63,964 nucleotides of DNA, filler included, from Lama guanicoe (GCA_013239625.1; 80 parts of 78 records of this genome joined end to end with filler, not necessarily neighbours in it); one strand, 5' to 3'. Positions 1 through 13,506 are shown, counted from the first letter of the whole stretch. Notes: a model not told the origin generated them from the letters alone. Translations and numbers: made by a program.

Positions 1-843
1 GGACACACTCAAGGAATACAAGCTAAGGAATTCTATTAGAACCCAGGCGATGCGGTCATTTGGGGGATCCTCCCCACAATCAGGATAACTGAGCACGTCT
101 CCGTGTGTGTGCTGGAGGTGGGGAAACAGATTCCACGCATCTTTATGGGGCACAGGTGTTCCAAGGTTGGGGAAGTAGTTTAAAACCCTCCACTACCCAC
201 AGAGATGCANNNNNNNNNNNNNNNNNNNNNNNNNNNNNNNNNNNNNNNNNNNNNNNNNNNNNNNNNNNNNNNNNNNNNNNNNNNNNNNNNNNNNNNNNNN
301 NNNNNNNNNNNNNNNNNNNNNNNNNNNNNNNNNNNNNNNNNNNNNNNNNNNNNNNNNNNNNNNNNNNNNNNNNNNNNNNNNNNNNNNNNNNNNNNNNNNN
401 NNNNNNNNNNNNNNNNNNNNNNNNNNNNNNNNNNNNNNNNNNNNNNNNNNNNNNNNNNNNNNNNNNNNNNNNNNNNNNNNNNNNNNNNNNNNNNNNNNNA
501 AATCGGGGGGCACTCGTTGCTACTTGGACTTCAAACCCAACCCCCACTTTCCCCCACTCTCCAGCCTAGGCATGCCATCAGGTAAGACATGCTAAGGGAT
601 TCTATTAGAACCCAGGCGCTGCTGTCAGTTGGAGGAGGCTCCCCACACTCAGGATACCTGAACAATTCTTTGTGTGTGTGCTGTTGTAGTAGATACATAG
701 TCCACGCAACTTTAAGGCGGCACAGGTGTTCCCAGGGAGGGAATGTACTTTAAATACCTCCACTGTCCATAGAGAGGCACTCGCTATTACTTGTCTTTAG
801 AGCCCAACCCCCATCTTCGCTCCCATCCCGTCCTTGGAAAACA
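1..843 (+). repeat. Satellite family B (~266-bp monomer, CpG-poor relative of family A)
   Basis: Motif gctaagg..ttctattagaacccaggcg at ~22 and ~591; 105-209 nearly identical to 39449-39552. Confidence 0.85.
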
Positions 844-943
844 NNNNNNNNNNNNNNNNNNNNNNNNNNNNNNNNNNNNNNNNNNNNTTAATTAATTAAN
901 NNNNNNNNNNNNNNNNNNNNNNNNNNNNNNNNNNNNNNNNNNN
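844..943. other. Artificial scaffold-joining spacer N44-TTAATTAATTAA-N44 (first of 79 in the window; last core at 63498)
   Basis: Identical 100-bp unit recurring between unrelated sequences; palindromic core gives stops in all six frames. Confidence 0.98.
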
Positions 944-1227
944 TAATGCAAGTCTGTTTCCCCTGGGCTCGGTTCCTGCACCACTTGTGCCATGTTGGTC
1001 TCTCCCATCACGCACATTTCCACTACCGTTTACAGACGTTCCTTTGTAATTTCTTTCCTCATCTCTCTGCTGAGAGTCACTGTCATATGCATTTTCCTGG
1101 ATGCTCCTGAGGTCAAAATGTTTTCTTTCAGTCCTTTCATGTCTTTCTGTCATCGCTGTTTGGAGTAATTTTTTATCCATATTTGCCTTCACTTGTAATT
1201 TCTTGATCACAAGTATATGAGACATAT
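944..1227 (-). CDS. 5' part of the terminal (linker plus zinc-finger) exon of a KRAB-C2H2 ZNF gene, ZNF677/ZNF347/ZNF816-like; truncated by scaffold end before the fingers
   Basis: Acceptor ttctttatag|ATATG (phase 1) opens DMSHILVIKKLQ..QTAMTERHE..HFDLRSIQENAYDSDSQQRDEERNYKG..AGTEPRGNRLAL. This is colinear with the family linker as I recall it ([49 protein letters not shown]). No stops. Confidence 0.75.
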
Positions 1228-2354
1228 CTATAAAGAACCATAGTATCCCATTCATTAAAATTCATTAATAAATGTTTCACATTAAATACATGACAGTACA
1301 CTAAAACTAGTACTTATACCAGAGTTATGAACCTCCCCAGCATGATCTTATAAATGTTAGGAACACACAAAAAAATAAAATTCTTTATCGAAAACAAAGT
1401 GATCAAAGGTAATTCTTGTAATTTTAGGACAGCCTACTTTCAAACAACCTATGACAAAAAGACACAAATGAAACAAAGTTCTTTTTCCTATGAATGAATG
1501 TATTTTATCATAACTCAAAAGCACATGCCAATTAACACTAGATACTGCTGTTTCATAATTAAGGATGAAAGTGTTATGCTAAACAGATTTACCATACTTA
1601 GTTTAAAGAAAGAAATACTAAGGAACAGAAAATAGCCTGTGAAAGCACATAATTTAAATCTAGTGTATNNNNNNNNNNNNNNNNNNNNNNNNNNNNNNNN
1701 NNNNNNNNNNNNTTAATTAATTAANNNNNNNNNNNNNNNNNNNNNNNNNNNNNNNNNNNNNNNNNNNNTGTTTTTTAACTTTTCCTTTTAGAAAGGACCC
1801 TTTCTATATTCTAACAGTTTCCCACCAAACGGCCATCAACTATCTCAGACAGAAAGCCCACCCATCACCCTTCTCCAGGCTCATTTATGCCTCCTCTGAC
1901 TTGAAAGGCTGAGAGGGGAAGGATCATAATTAGACGATATGTCTGGTTGGCAAAGTGTATTCTCAGACCCTATGATCAAATGTATTAAAGGCAAGCAAGA
2001 TATGAAAGCAATTCTCTACCTGAAAGAGCTGGGAAATTCGCTCTGGATGATCCTCTTTGCCATCCGACTTGGTGTCAGTGAGAGAGCTCCCCTCTTTCTG
2101 CTCATAGCTCAAACTCTTGCTTTGAATGCAAATCACAGTCACCACCACATAAACTATTAACTAAGTCTTTTTCTCCTCCAGGACACTTGACCTGACAGAT
2201 TTAAGTGANNNNNNNNNNNNNNNNNNNNNNNNNNNNNNNNNNNNNNNNNNNNTTAATTAATTAANNNNNNNNNNNNNNNNNNNNNNNNNNNNNNNNNNNN
2301 NNNNNNNNATGTAAGTCAACTCATTATGCTATACACCTTAAACTTTAAAAAAAT

Positions 2355-2870
2355 TTTTATTAATAGATTAATTATTTTAGAGCAGTTTTAGGTTCACAGC
2401 AGAATTGAGCAGAAAATACAGAGTTCACACATAGCCCTCCCTACTCACACATATATACTCCCCTACCCTCAACATTCCTCATCAGTGTGGCATATTTGGT
2501 AAAATCGATGACCAACATGGACACATTATTATCAACAAAAGTCCATAGTTTACATTAGTGTTCACTCTTGATACTGTACATTCTGTGGGTTTGACAAATG
2601 CATAATGACATGTAGCCATCACTATAGTATCACACAGAATAATTTCATTGTCCTAAAAATCCCTTGTGCTCCATCTATTCATTCCTTCCTCCTTCTCCTC
2701 AAACCCCTGGAAACCACGATCTTTTTCTTGTTTCTGTAGCTGTGCCTTTTCCAGAAGGTCATTTGGTTGGAATTGTTCAGTTTGTAGCCTTTTCATACTG
2801 GCTTCTTTCATTCACTAATATGTCTTTTAAGTTTCTTCCATGTCTTTCATGCCTTGATAGATCATTTTTC
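2355..2870 (-). mobile_element. Old LINE-1 3' end (L1MC1/2-like)
   Basis: tttagagcagttttaggttcacagcagaattgagcagaaaatacagag...aaagtccatagtttacattag...ctggcttctttcattcac, typical L1MC 3' UTR. Confidence 0.75.
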
Positions 2871-2989
2871 ACTGCATATATATTTTAAATTTATATATAT
2901 GTAATGTTCATTGTTTCTAAGAATGTTTAGAGCTTTAGCTTTTTAAGCTTACATAGTTATCAAAAGAATAAAGCCAACCACAAAAAGAA

Positions 2990-3170
2990 TTAATTCAAAA
3001 AGATTCATACACCCTGCTATTAACAGCAACATTATTTATAATTGCCAAGATATGGAAGCATCCTAAGTGAACATCAATAGTTGAACAGATAACGAAGATG
3101 CAGCATATACATACATGTAACGGAATACAACTCACCCATGAGAAAGAAGGATATTTTGCCATTTGCAGCC
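2990..3170 (+). mobile_element. LINE-1 ORF2 3' fragment
   Basis: acagcaacattatttataattgccaagatatggaagcatcctaagtg...atattttgccatttgcagc. Confidence 0.8.
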
Positions 3171-3519
3171 CTTCTTTCACTTTTTTTTCACTTCAAAAAC
3201 CAGAATGTTATAACCAGCAGAGCCATTTCCATTACATCAAAAACAACAAAATACCCAGAAATAAACTTAACCNNNNNNNNNNNNNNNNNNNNNNNNNNNN
3301 NNNNNNNNNNNNNNNNTTAATTAATTAANNNNNNNNNNNNNNNNNNNNNNNNNNNNNNNNNNNNNNNNNNNNAATGATAGTTACTACCATGGATTTTTAC
3401 AAAAGTCATCCAAAGCTTTGTTTTAACAGAAAAATTTCAAAAATTTCCTCCAAAGCAATGACAGGATCCAAAACACTGAGGCAGCAGCACATTTCAAGTA
3501 GATGGTTTGTGGACTTTGT

Positions 3520-3773
3520 AATGCTGGAGAGGTTGTGGAGAAAAGGGAACCCTCCTACACTGTTCATGGGAATGTAGTTTTGTGCAGCCATTATGCAATA
3601 CACTATGGAGGTTCCTCAAAACACTAAAAATAGACTTACCATATGATCCAACAAACCCACTCCTGGGCATATATCCAGAGGAAACCCTATTTCAGAAAGA
3701 TACACACACCCCAATTCATAGTACCACCATGTACAATAGCCAAGACATGGAAACAACTTAAATGTCCATCAAC
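3520..3773 (+). mobile_element. LINE-1 ORF2 C-terminal fragment
   Basis: Encodes degenerate [11 protein letters not shown] and TIAKTWKQLKCPS, the canonical L1 ORF2 C-terminus. Confidence 0.9.
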
Positions 3774-3873
3774 NNNNNNNNNNNNNNNNNNNNNNNNNNN
3801 NNNNNNNNNNNNNNNNNTTAATTAATTAANNNNNNNNNNNNNNNNNNNNNNNNNNNNNNNNNNNNNNNNNNNN

Positions 3874-4349
3874 AGAACATGGAATGCAGAACACAGAATT
3901 TCGAATAAAAATACAAAATACTGAATGTAGTATTTTGAATATAGAATGCATAACACAGAATATATAATAGAGTATACAGAACCAAGGTTTTAAAATATGG
4001 AATCCAGAACACAGGATTGAGAATATAGAATACAGAATACTGAATATGGAATTTAGAATAGAGAATGTAGAAAACAGAAAATACAATATAGAATACGGAA
4101 TGCAGAATATAGAATGTAGAATATAGAATGAAGAATACAAAATATAGAATATTGAATAAAGAATATACAACACAGAATTTAGAACATGGAATGCAGAACA
4201 TAGAATTTAGAATATGGATAACATAATACTGAATATAGAAATGTAGAACACTTATATTATAGATTACAGAAAGCTGAATATAGAATTTAGAATATAGAAC
4301 GAAGACACAGTATAAAGAATATATATTACGGAATGCAGTATATAGAATG
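3874..4349 (+). repeat. Satellite family D (7-bp AGAATAT-type units, degenerate)
   Basis: agaatat/agaatac/agaacac/ggaatgc heptamers in register. Confidence 0.92.
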
Positions 4350-4449
4350 NNNNNNNNNNNNNNNNNNNNNNNNNNNNNNNNNNNNNNNNNNNNTTAATTA
4401 ATTAANNNNNNNNNNNNNNNNNNNNNNNNNNNNNNNNNNNNNNNNNNNN

Positions 4450-5230
4450 ATGAATAAACGTCTATCCACATGCTCAGTTCTGAGAGGTAATTGTGTGTTA
4501 AAGCCGTACTTCACCTAGCTTAAAGGTAACACAAAGTTTCTTTTCAGTTGCAAACTCCACTCCATACATATATATGGGGAGGTACAAGCTCCAACTCGGT
4601 TTTACAGTGAAAACGGCAGGCACTTCAAACCGACACTACGAAACAGACTGAGAAACCAGGGTAAGTGTTTCTCCTACTACCGCTTCATTTGTGCTGAATG
4701 AAAGATCGTAAAAGATCGTCTCTCAACATGCACAGGTCTGAGAGATAAGTGTGTGTGAAAGCCGTCCTTCACCAAATTGAAGGGAACACAAAATCCCTTT
4801 CAGTTACAAACCCCACTTCATACATATATATGGGGAGTTACAAGATCCAACTCGGTATTACAGTGAAAACGACAGGCACTTCAAACCGGCACTAGGAAAC
4901 AGACTGAGAAACCAGAGTAAGGGTTTCTCCTGCAACCCGTTCCCTTTGTGCTGGACGAACGAACGTCTCTCCACATGCTCAGTTCTGAGAGANNNNNNNN
5001 NNNNNNNNNNNNNNNNNNNNNNNNNNNNNNNNNNNNNNNNNNNNNNNNNNNNNNNNNNNNNNNNNNNNNNNNNNNNNNNNNNNNNNNNNNNNNNNNNNNN
5101 NNNNNNNNNNNNNTTTTACAGTGATCAAGAACTTCAAACCGGCACTAGGAAACAGTCGGAGAAACCACATTCAGTGTTTCCCCTGCAACCCGTTCCCTTT
5201 GTGCTGGATGAACTAACATCTCTCCAATTG
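4450..5230 (+). repeat. Satellite family C (~248-bp monomer)
   Basis: Repeated ccatacatatatatggggag..ctccaactcggttttacagtgaaaacggcaggcacttcaaaccg..gaaacagactgagaaaccag; same family as 32780-33541. Confidence 0.92.
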
Positions 5231-5405
5231 NNNNNNNNNNNNNNNNNNNNNNNNNNNNNNNNNNNNNNNNNNNNTTAATTAATTAANNNNNNNNNNNNNN
5301 NNNNNNNNNNNNNNNNNNNNNNNNNNNNNNCTGTGTACATTTATCTATAGCTATCAATTGATAGTTGACAGATAAATAGATAGAAGGATAGATACATAGA
5401 TACGT

Positions 5406-5452
<47 letters not shown>
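5406..5452 (+). repeat. (GATA)11 microsatellite within a degenerate GATA tract
   Basis: Direct read. Confidence 0.95.
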
Positions 5453-5878
5453 TGATAGAGACATGGTAGGGAGATAGAGAGATTAGATAGAAAAGCCTGA
5501 AGCAGACTGAAAGATATGGGGAAAAGATATGGGGAAAAATTTATGTTTAGCAAATTGGAAGTGAAAGACAATTTAATGGTAAGACATTGACAGATACAAA
5601 GTAGTATACATAAAGGAGAGATGCAACAAAGATAATCTGTATGGATCAGGGAATTATACACAATAACATATAATAAATAATGTTGCAATTATTGTAAAAA
5701 TTTATAATGGAATATAATATACAAAGTGTTTTCTATCACTATCCTGTACATCTGAAACTACACAAAACTGTACATCTANNNNNNNNNNNNNNNNNNNNNN
5801 NNNNNNNNNNNNNNNNNNNNNNTTAATTAATTAANNNNNNNNNNNNNNNNNNNNNNNNNNNNNNNNNNNNNNNNNNNN

Positions 5879-6281
5879 TACTACTACTTATTTGTAGGAA
5901 GTCCTTATATATTTTGGATGTTAACCCGTTATTATATATGTGATTTGCAAACATTTTCTTACATTCCATGGGTTGCTTTCAGGCTGTTGATCATTTCTTT
6001 GCTGTGCAGAAACTCTTTAGTTTGATGCAGTCTCACTCGTTAGTTTTTGCTTTTGTTCCCTGTGATTTTGGTGTCATGTCCGTGATGACTGCTAAAATCA
6101 ATACCAAGACTTTCCTTCTATATTTTCTTTTCAACAGTTTTTGTTGATTTTTTCTATTGTTTTGCTATTTTCTGCTCTAATCTTTGTTATTTCCTTCCTT
6201 TTGAATTTACTTTGTTCTTTGTCTAGTTCCTGAAGAGGGTAAATCAGGTTGTTTATTGCAGATCTTTTGTTAGCATAATTA
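5879..6281 (-). mobile_element. Old LINE-1 ORF2 fragments
   Basis: tgatttgcaaacattttctt..tttgctgtgcagaaactctttagtttgatgcagtctcac. Confidence 0.75.
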
Positions 6282-7160
6282 NNNNNNNNNNNNNNNNNNN
6301 NNNNNNNNNNNNNNNNNNNNNNNNNNNNNNNNNNNNNNNNNNNNNNNNNNNNNNNNNNNNNNNNNNNNNNNNNNNNNNNNNNNNNNNNNNNNNNNNNNNN
6401 NNNNNNNNNNNNNNNNNNNNNNNNNNNNNNNNNNNNNNNNNNNNNNNNNNNNNNNNNNNNNNNNNNNNNNNNNNNNNNNNNNNNNNNNNNNNNNNNNNNN
6501 NNNNNNNNNNNNNNNNNNNNNNNNNNNNNNTTTTCACTAATTTCTTGTGCACAGAATGTTTATATACAATTTAGATGGTGAGGATTTCCCACATTATTTT
6601 AATGTCTTTATGGGAATTAGAAATGTGCATTTATAAGCAGTTCATAAAATATTCCAAATTGTAAAAGAATGGAGATTTGAGGGACCACTGATAAAAATGT
6701 TATTTTTCATTAACACTTGGCTTCTTTATTCTCTGCTATAGCAAAGTGTGAAATTTCGTTAATTTTAGTTTTAACATTTTCTGTAAATCTTACTTTCTTC
6801 TAGGTGTTTCATCTCTGCCAGTTTTCCTTTTTTATTTCTGTTTTCTTTTCTGTCTGAAGATTAATTTTTAACCTCTGTTTTTCTGCATTTTTATATTTTA
6901 GATCTCACTTTTGTAGGCATTTACTTAGTTCACTACTTGGTGTTCTCTTGGACTTTTCTTAGATTGTGCCTTCAGCAGATTTGACTTTTTTTGGGATGTG
7001 CTGGGTTTGGCAGGTGAGAGAGGGGGCTTTAGTCTTTGCACACAGGGGCATCAGGAACATNNNNNNNNNNNNNNNNNNNNNNNNNNNNNNNNNNNNNNNN
7101 NNNNTTAATTAATTAANNNNNNNNNNNNNNNNNNNNNNNNNNNNNNNNNNNNNNNNNNNN

Positions 7161-7869
7161 CTACCCCTTTATATCTGTTAGTAATTATTTTATGTACTTA
7201 TGTGCTCCTATATTTGGTGCATATATATTAATGAGTGTGCTGTCCTCATATTGTATCACTCCTTCAATCATTATAAAATGTACCTTTATCTTTCTTTATG
7301 GCCTTTGTTTTAAAGAGTATTTTGTCTGAAATCAGTAATGCAACACCTGTTTTATGACTTTTCAAATTGTATGGAATACCCTTTTCCATCCTTTCACTCT
7401 CAATCTATATGTGTCCTTCTCTCTGAAGTGGGTCTCTTGTATGCAGCATATTGAAGGTTCTTGCTTTATTATCCAGCCTGCCACTCTGTGGCTTTCAACT
7501 GGAGCATTTAGTCCATTAACATTTTCAATAATTGATGATAGGCTTGTGTTTAATGCTAAATTGACCTTATCTTAGCAGTTAATTTGGTATTTCCACTTTG
7601 TTCCCTTCATGTTATTTTTAAGGATTGGTTATTTTCCTTTGTATTATCATGAATTTTATTTAGTGTTAGTGACTACCTGATAAGTTTTTGTCTTCTTTTT
7701 ACACTTTTTTATAATTCCATTAGACCATTACTATAACTGCATTTATTAAATGGATAGTAACATGATCTGAAACACATCCTACCAAGAACAAAAAATTTTA
7801 AAATGAAAGACCAAAAAAATATCTCTAGTTTCCTGCTTCCCTCTCCCACTCTCAATGATTTGTATGAAT
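7161..7869 (-). mobile_element. LINE-1 ORF2 endonuclease start and inter-ORF region (lineage-specific L1)
   Basis: gctcctatatttggtgcatatatatt..ccatcctttcactctcaatcta..gggtctcttgtatgcagcat; homologous to 48342-48854 and 63554-63964. Confidence 0.85.
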
Positions 7870-8465
7870 NNNNNNNNNNNNNNNNNNNNNNNNNNNNNNN
7901 NNNNNNNNNNNNNTTAATTAATTAANNNNNNNNNNNNNNNNNNNNNNNNNNNNNNNNNNNNNNNNNNNNAAATGACAGAATGCCACTGTATAGAGCAATG
8001 TTGACTTGAACGCTCTAAGGATCCAGAAAATGCTTGTAGAAGGATTATATTTGGATGGTTACAATGAAAAATACTGGCAGTTCCCAACTGGTAGAAGATG
8101 CAAAATGCACCTTTTCACCCACTGTTGAAGTGTAACCGCTTACACCACACGGAGGGCAAGTTGTCAGTTTCTCCAAAAATTCTAAATGCACCTTTTTTTG
8201 GACACACCAATTGCAGTTTTAGAAATCTTATTAAAATTTCCACATATATACAAAATTGAATCTACAAAGATGTGTAAGACAATTTTCTTTATGGCAGCAA
8301 AGAAATTGAAACAAGTATTCATTAATAGGAAAGTAATTACTTTAATGATGGAATGTTTCAAAGTGCTAAGTAGGCATCGAAAAGCATGATGTGGACCTCT
8401 GTGCTGTTTTCAACTCGACAAATATTTCCAGAACACGATTAAACGAAAATAAGGCGATTGTTCTC

Positions 8466-8922
8466 ATAAAGGGAAACGCCCTCGCAGCCAAGGCTGCAAA
8501 GCTGCAGCCAGAGAACAGCCGGCCTTACAAGCTGCAGCTCTGCTACCTGAGGACCAGCCTCTCCCAACAGCACCATCCTATGCACTTGAAGAGGTTCAAT
8601 GGGCTGAACACAGGGGGCTAGAAAAGAATCTTTGCGGTGGCTGACAAAAGATAACAAGCTCCGCATTCCTGGGGACAAACAATGGACAATAATTAAGCAT
8701 CTCCACGAGTCCACCCACCTAGGGCAGGACTCCATGCTCAGACTAATTTCTCAAGGGTTCCTAGGCAAGGGGCTGTCCCAACCTGTTAAGGAGGTCACAG
8801 GGCCTGTGGACTTTGTGCCCGCAATGACCCAGGGAGTCACCCACCCACTTCTACTCCGCCCCACACAACATCGGGGAACTTCTCCAGGGGAAGATTGGCA
8901 AATGGACTTTACCCAGATGCCC
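8466..8922 (+). mobile_element. Class I (ERV1, gamma-like) endogenous retrovirus pol remnant: RNase H end to integrase start, disrupted
   Basis: KGNALAAKAAK (RNase H end), IIKHLHESTHLG (HH of HHCC), frameshifted ACGLCARN (CC), RGTSPGEDWQMDFTQMP (integrase core start); stop at 8619-8621 and frameshifts. Confidence 0.9.
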
Positions 8923-9022
8923 NNNNNNNNNNNNNNNNNNNNNNNNNNNNNNNNNNNNNNNNNNNNTTAATTAATTAANNNNNNNNNNNNNNNNNNNNNN
9001 NNNNNNNNNNNNNNNNNNNNNN

Positions 9023-9591
9023 TATTCTATATTCTATATACTGTGTTCTACATTCAGTAGTCTAAATTGTAAATAATATATTCTATACTCTAAATTCTGG
9101 GTTCTATTTCCTCTATTCTCTATTCTATATTCTGTGTTCTACATTCTATATTCGAAATTCTATATTAATTATTCTGTATCCTATAGTCTAAATTCTGTGT
9201 TCTGTATTCCATGTTCTAAATAATATATTCAGAATATTGTATTCTTTCTTCTAAAATCTGTCTTCCGCATTCTATGTTCTAAATTCTATATTCAGTATTC
9301 TGTTATCTATATACTAAATTCTGTGTTTTGCATTCCATGTTCTAAATTCTGGCTTCTGTATTCTGTTTTCCATATTCTATATTCTGATTTCTCCATTCTA
9401 TATTCTGTATTCTACATTCTGCATTCTGTTTCCATATTCTATATTCTGTTTACTACATTCTATAAGTGTATTCTATATTCTATATTCTGTGTTCTTAATT
9501 CTATATTTTATATTCAATATTCTGTATTCTGAATCCTATATGCTAAATTCTGTGTTCTGCATTTCATGTTATAAATTCAGGTTTCTATATT
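9023..9591 (-). repeat. Satellite family D
   Basis: tattcta/tgttcta/cattcca heptamers. Confidence 0.92.
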
Positions 9592-9691
9592 NNNNNNNNN
9601 NNNNNNNNNNNNNNNNNNNNNNNNNNNNNNNNNNNTTAATTAATTAANNNNNNNNNNNNNNNNNNNNNNNNNNNNNNNNNNNNNNNNNNNN

Positions 9692-10413
9692 GGGGAAGTC
9701 CGAGAAATACCTTCCCTGACCTTGGGGAGCCAGCCTCTGTTACGGGGAATACCTGCAAACCCCCCCTAGCATTCCCTGGCACAGAGACATTAGGAAAAAT
9801 CCCAGTGGATTTGAGCTTAGGCATTAAGTTAGAACCCACGCTCTGCCGACCGTTGGTGTAACCTCCCCACGCTCAGGATTCCGGAACCAGTGTCATTGCG
9901 TGGGGGATCTCGAGAGACAACTCCACGCAGCTCTCTTCAGTCACAGGTATTCCCTGTTAGGGGGAATTCTGAGAAATACCTTCCCTGACCTAGGGGAGCC
10001 AGCCTCTGTNNNNNNNNNNNNNNNNNNNNNNNNNNNNNNNNNNNNNNNNNNNNNNNNNNNNAAACCCAGGGGAGCTTAGGCATTCCGATAGAACCCACAC
10101 GCTGCCGACCGTTGGTGGAACCTCCCCACGCTCAGGATTCCGGAACCATTGTCAGTGCGTGGGGAGCTCGAGAGACAACTCCACGCAGCTCTCTTCAGTC
10201 ACAGGTGTTCCCTGTTAGGGGGAATTCTGAGAAATACTTCCCTGAACTTGGGGAGGCAGCCTGTCATGGGATTTCCTGCAAACGCCCCTAGCATTCCCTG
10301 TCACAGAGACATTAGGGAAAAACCCAGGGGAGTCGAGCTTAGGCATTCCGTTATAACCCACGCTCTGTCGACCGTTGTTGGAACCTCCACACGCTCAGGA
10401 TTCCGGAACCATT
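9692..10413 (+). repeat. Satellite family A (~267-bp CpG-rich monomer)
   Basis: gccgaccgttggtggaacctccccacgctcaggattccggaacc recurs at ~9845, ~10104 and ~10367. Confidence 0.93.
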
Positions 10414-11623
10414 NNNNNNNNNNNNNNNNNNNNNNNNNNNNNNNNNNNNNNNNNNNNTTAATTAATTAANNNNNNNNNNNNNNNNNNNNNNNNNNNNNNN
10501 NNNNNNNNNNNNNATCCAAAGAGCAAAGTCACAGTTTGACAACTGGCCATCATGGTTCCCTGTAATTCATTCTTGGAAGACCTTAAAAGCCACTCCTCTG
10601 TCCTCAAGAAGTGATGCCTACTTGTCCTATCTTTGGCTCAGGGATACAGCACATTCACGTGGACTTTAATGTCTGCACAGATTTGACTGTCTTTCTCCAG
10701 GTTCACTTGTCCATTCAGAGTTAAGTCCATCTTCCATAAGATCAACTCCCTCCAGTGACAACTCAACGAGCCTGCAATTACAAGCCAACTGAACAGGACT
10801 GTCCTCAGCTAAAAATATCACCCACCCTTCACTGCTTTCTTAATCTCCTTTCCTGGCTAATTGCAACAGACAAACAACACCCTCCACCAAGTTCCCCAAA
10901 TATGTCAAATAGAAATTAAGGTCCATAAAAGAAAAGACAACTCCATAGTNNNNNNNNNNNNNNNNNNNNNNNNNNNNNNNNNNNNNNNNNNNNTTAATTA
11001 ATTAANNNNNNNNNNNNNNNNNNNNNNNNNNNNNNNNNNNNNNNNNNNNAGAACTATTATAGTCCATTAACATCTGTTAAAGTTTGATGTAATTATTGTT
11101 ACGTTTGAATTTTATTTTATTATTTGTTTTGTTTCTATCCAGTGTTTTCTCCCACCTTTTTTTTNNNNNNNNNNNNNNNNNNNNNNNNNNNNNNNNNNNN
11201 NNNGAATGAGATAATTTTGTTTTCATTTATCCATTGGCCTTCTTGATGTATTTCTTGACATGACGTGTTAGTAGTTACTAAGGAATTACAATTACGTGCA
11301 ATTACTTGGAGTTAATAGTGTACCATTTCAAGTAAACTTTGCAACCTATAAGTTTATCACCCCACTATCCTTTTATAGTTGTCATTTTATGTATATTACC
11401 TCTACAGCTGCCTTAAAATCCAAAACAAAATGTTATAATTTTTTTCTGTGAGCATTATACGTATTAAAAGAAAATGAAGGATAAAAATAAACCTTTTAGA
11501 TTTTCCCGTGTATTTTTTATTTTNNNNNNNNNNNNNNNNNNNNNNNNNNNNNNNNNNNNNNNNNNNNTTAATTAATTAANNNNNNNNNNNNNNNNNNNNN
11601 NNNNNNNNNNNNNNNNNNNNNNN

Positions 11624-12630
11624 CTACAGGAGCATCCATGTTGCTGAAAATGGTGTTATGTTGTAGTTTTATGTGGCTGACTAGTACTCCAATGTATAAA
11701 TATACAACCTCTTCTTTTTCCAGTCAACTGTCGATGGACATTTAGGCTGTTTCCATGTCTTGGCTATTGTAAATAGTGCTGGCTCTGAACATTGGGTTTC
11801 AAGTGTCATCCTGAAATAGGGTTCCATCTTGATTTATGACCAGGAGCGGGATTCCTGGGTCATATGGTAAGTCTATTCCTAGGCTTTTGAAGTATCTCCA
11901 TCCTGTTTTCCANNNNNNNNNNNNNNNNNNNNNNNNNNNNNNNNNNNNNNNNNNNNNNNNNNNNNNNNNNNNNNNNNNNNNNNNNNNNNNNNNNNNNNNN
12001 NNNNNNNNNNNNNNNNNNNNNNNNNNNNNNNNNNNNNNNNNNNNNNNNNNNNNNNNNNNNNNNNNNNNNNNNNNNNNNNNNNNNNNNNNNNNNNNNNNNN
12101 NNNNNNNNNNNNNNNNNNNNNNNNNNNNNNNNNNNNNNNNNNNNNNNNNNNNNNNNNNNNNNNNTATGCATTGGTGTTTATTTTTTCTTATTCAGTTGGA
12201 TGAGCTGCTTATATACTCTGAAGATCAAGCCTTTGTCGGTTTCATATGCAAATTTTTATCACATTCTGCAGGTTGTCTTTTTATTTCACTTCCAGTTTCT
12301 TTACTGTGTAGAAGCTTGTAAGTTTCATTATGTCTCATTTGTTTATTCTTGTTTTATTTCTTCTACAAGAATATTTTCGAGACATATGTCAGATAAAGTT
12401 TTACTTGTATTTTCCTCAAGGAGGTTTACTGTATCTTTTCTTATGTTTAAATCTTTGATCCATTCTGAGTTTACTTTTGTGTATGGTGTTCTACTTTTAT
12501 TTGGAGTGTTCTAGCTTCATTGATTTACATGCTGCTGTCCAGTTTTCACAACACCAGTTGCTGAAGGGACTGTCTCAATTTCACTGTACTTTCTTGCCTC
12601 CTTTGTCGAAGATTAATTGACCAAAAGTTT
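11624..12630 (-). mobile_element. LINE-1 ORF2 3' region
   Basis: gatggacatttaggctgtttccatgtcttggctattgtaaatagtgct and downstream ORF2 antisense motifs. Confidence 0.9.
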
Positions 12631-12730
12631 NNNNNNNNNNNNNNNNNNNNNNNNNNNNNNNNNNNNNNNNNNNNTTAATTAATTAANNNNNNNNNNNNNN
12701 NNNNNNNNNNNNNNNNNNNNNNNNNNNNNN

Positions 12731-13506
12731 CAGAAGCTTGTAAGTTAAATGAGGTCTCATTTGTTTATTCTTGCTTTTAATTCTTCTAAGAGAAAATTTT
12801 CGAGACTTATCTCAGAAAACGTTTTGCCTATATTTTCCCCTTGGTGGTTTATTGTATATTGTCTTATGTTTAAGTTTGATCCATTCTGAGTTTATTTTTG
12901 TGTATGGTGTTCTAGCTTCATTGGGACTTTTCTAGCTTCATTGAATTACATGCTGCTGTCCAGTTTTCCAAAAACCAGTTGCTCAAGATACTATCACTTT
13001 TCCATTGTTATTTCTTGCCTCCTTTGTCTAAGATTAACTGACCAAATGTTTTCGAGTTCATTTCTGGGCTCTCTATTCTGTGCCATTGGCCTATATCTAT
13101 GTTTATCTACCAATAGAGTGCTGTCATGTTGACTGTAGCTCTGTAATATTATCTGAATCGTTAGCATTATGAAATGCCACTGATATTTGAACTTTAATCT
13201 TGTAACCTGCTACCATGCTGAATTCTTTGATCAGCTATAGTAAATTCATTCTGAATCTTGTAGGGTTTTCTATAAATAGTAGCATATTATCTTCATATAA
13301 TTAGATTTTATCTCTTGCTTTCCAATTGGCATCCCTTTTACTTCTCTCTCTTGTTTGATTGCTGTGGTTAGGACTTCCAAGACTATCTTGAGTAGGAGTC
13401 ATGATAGTGTGCATCCTTTAACTGTCCCAGATTTTAGTAGGAAGAATTTGGCTTTCTCACCTTTGAGTACTATCCTGGCTGTAGGTTTGTTATCTATAGC
13501 TTTCAT
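12731..13506 (-). mobile_element. LINE-1 ORF2 (RT-proximal) fragment
   Basis: gctgtggttaggacttccaagactatcttgagtaggag..ttcttgcctcctttgtctaagattaactgacc. Confidence 0.88.

Noticed and set aside
2020..2120. Possible minus-strand exon (KSLSYEQKEG..ERISQLFQ|gtagag)
   Set aside because: Weak splice sites and no recognisable homology
3818..4201. Hydrophobic YILYSIF-type ORFs (also 9323, 24261, 47266, 50534, 57763, 61975)
   Set aside because: Translations of the 7-bp satellite D, not membrane proteins
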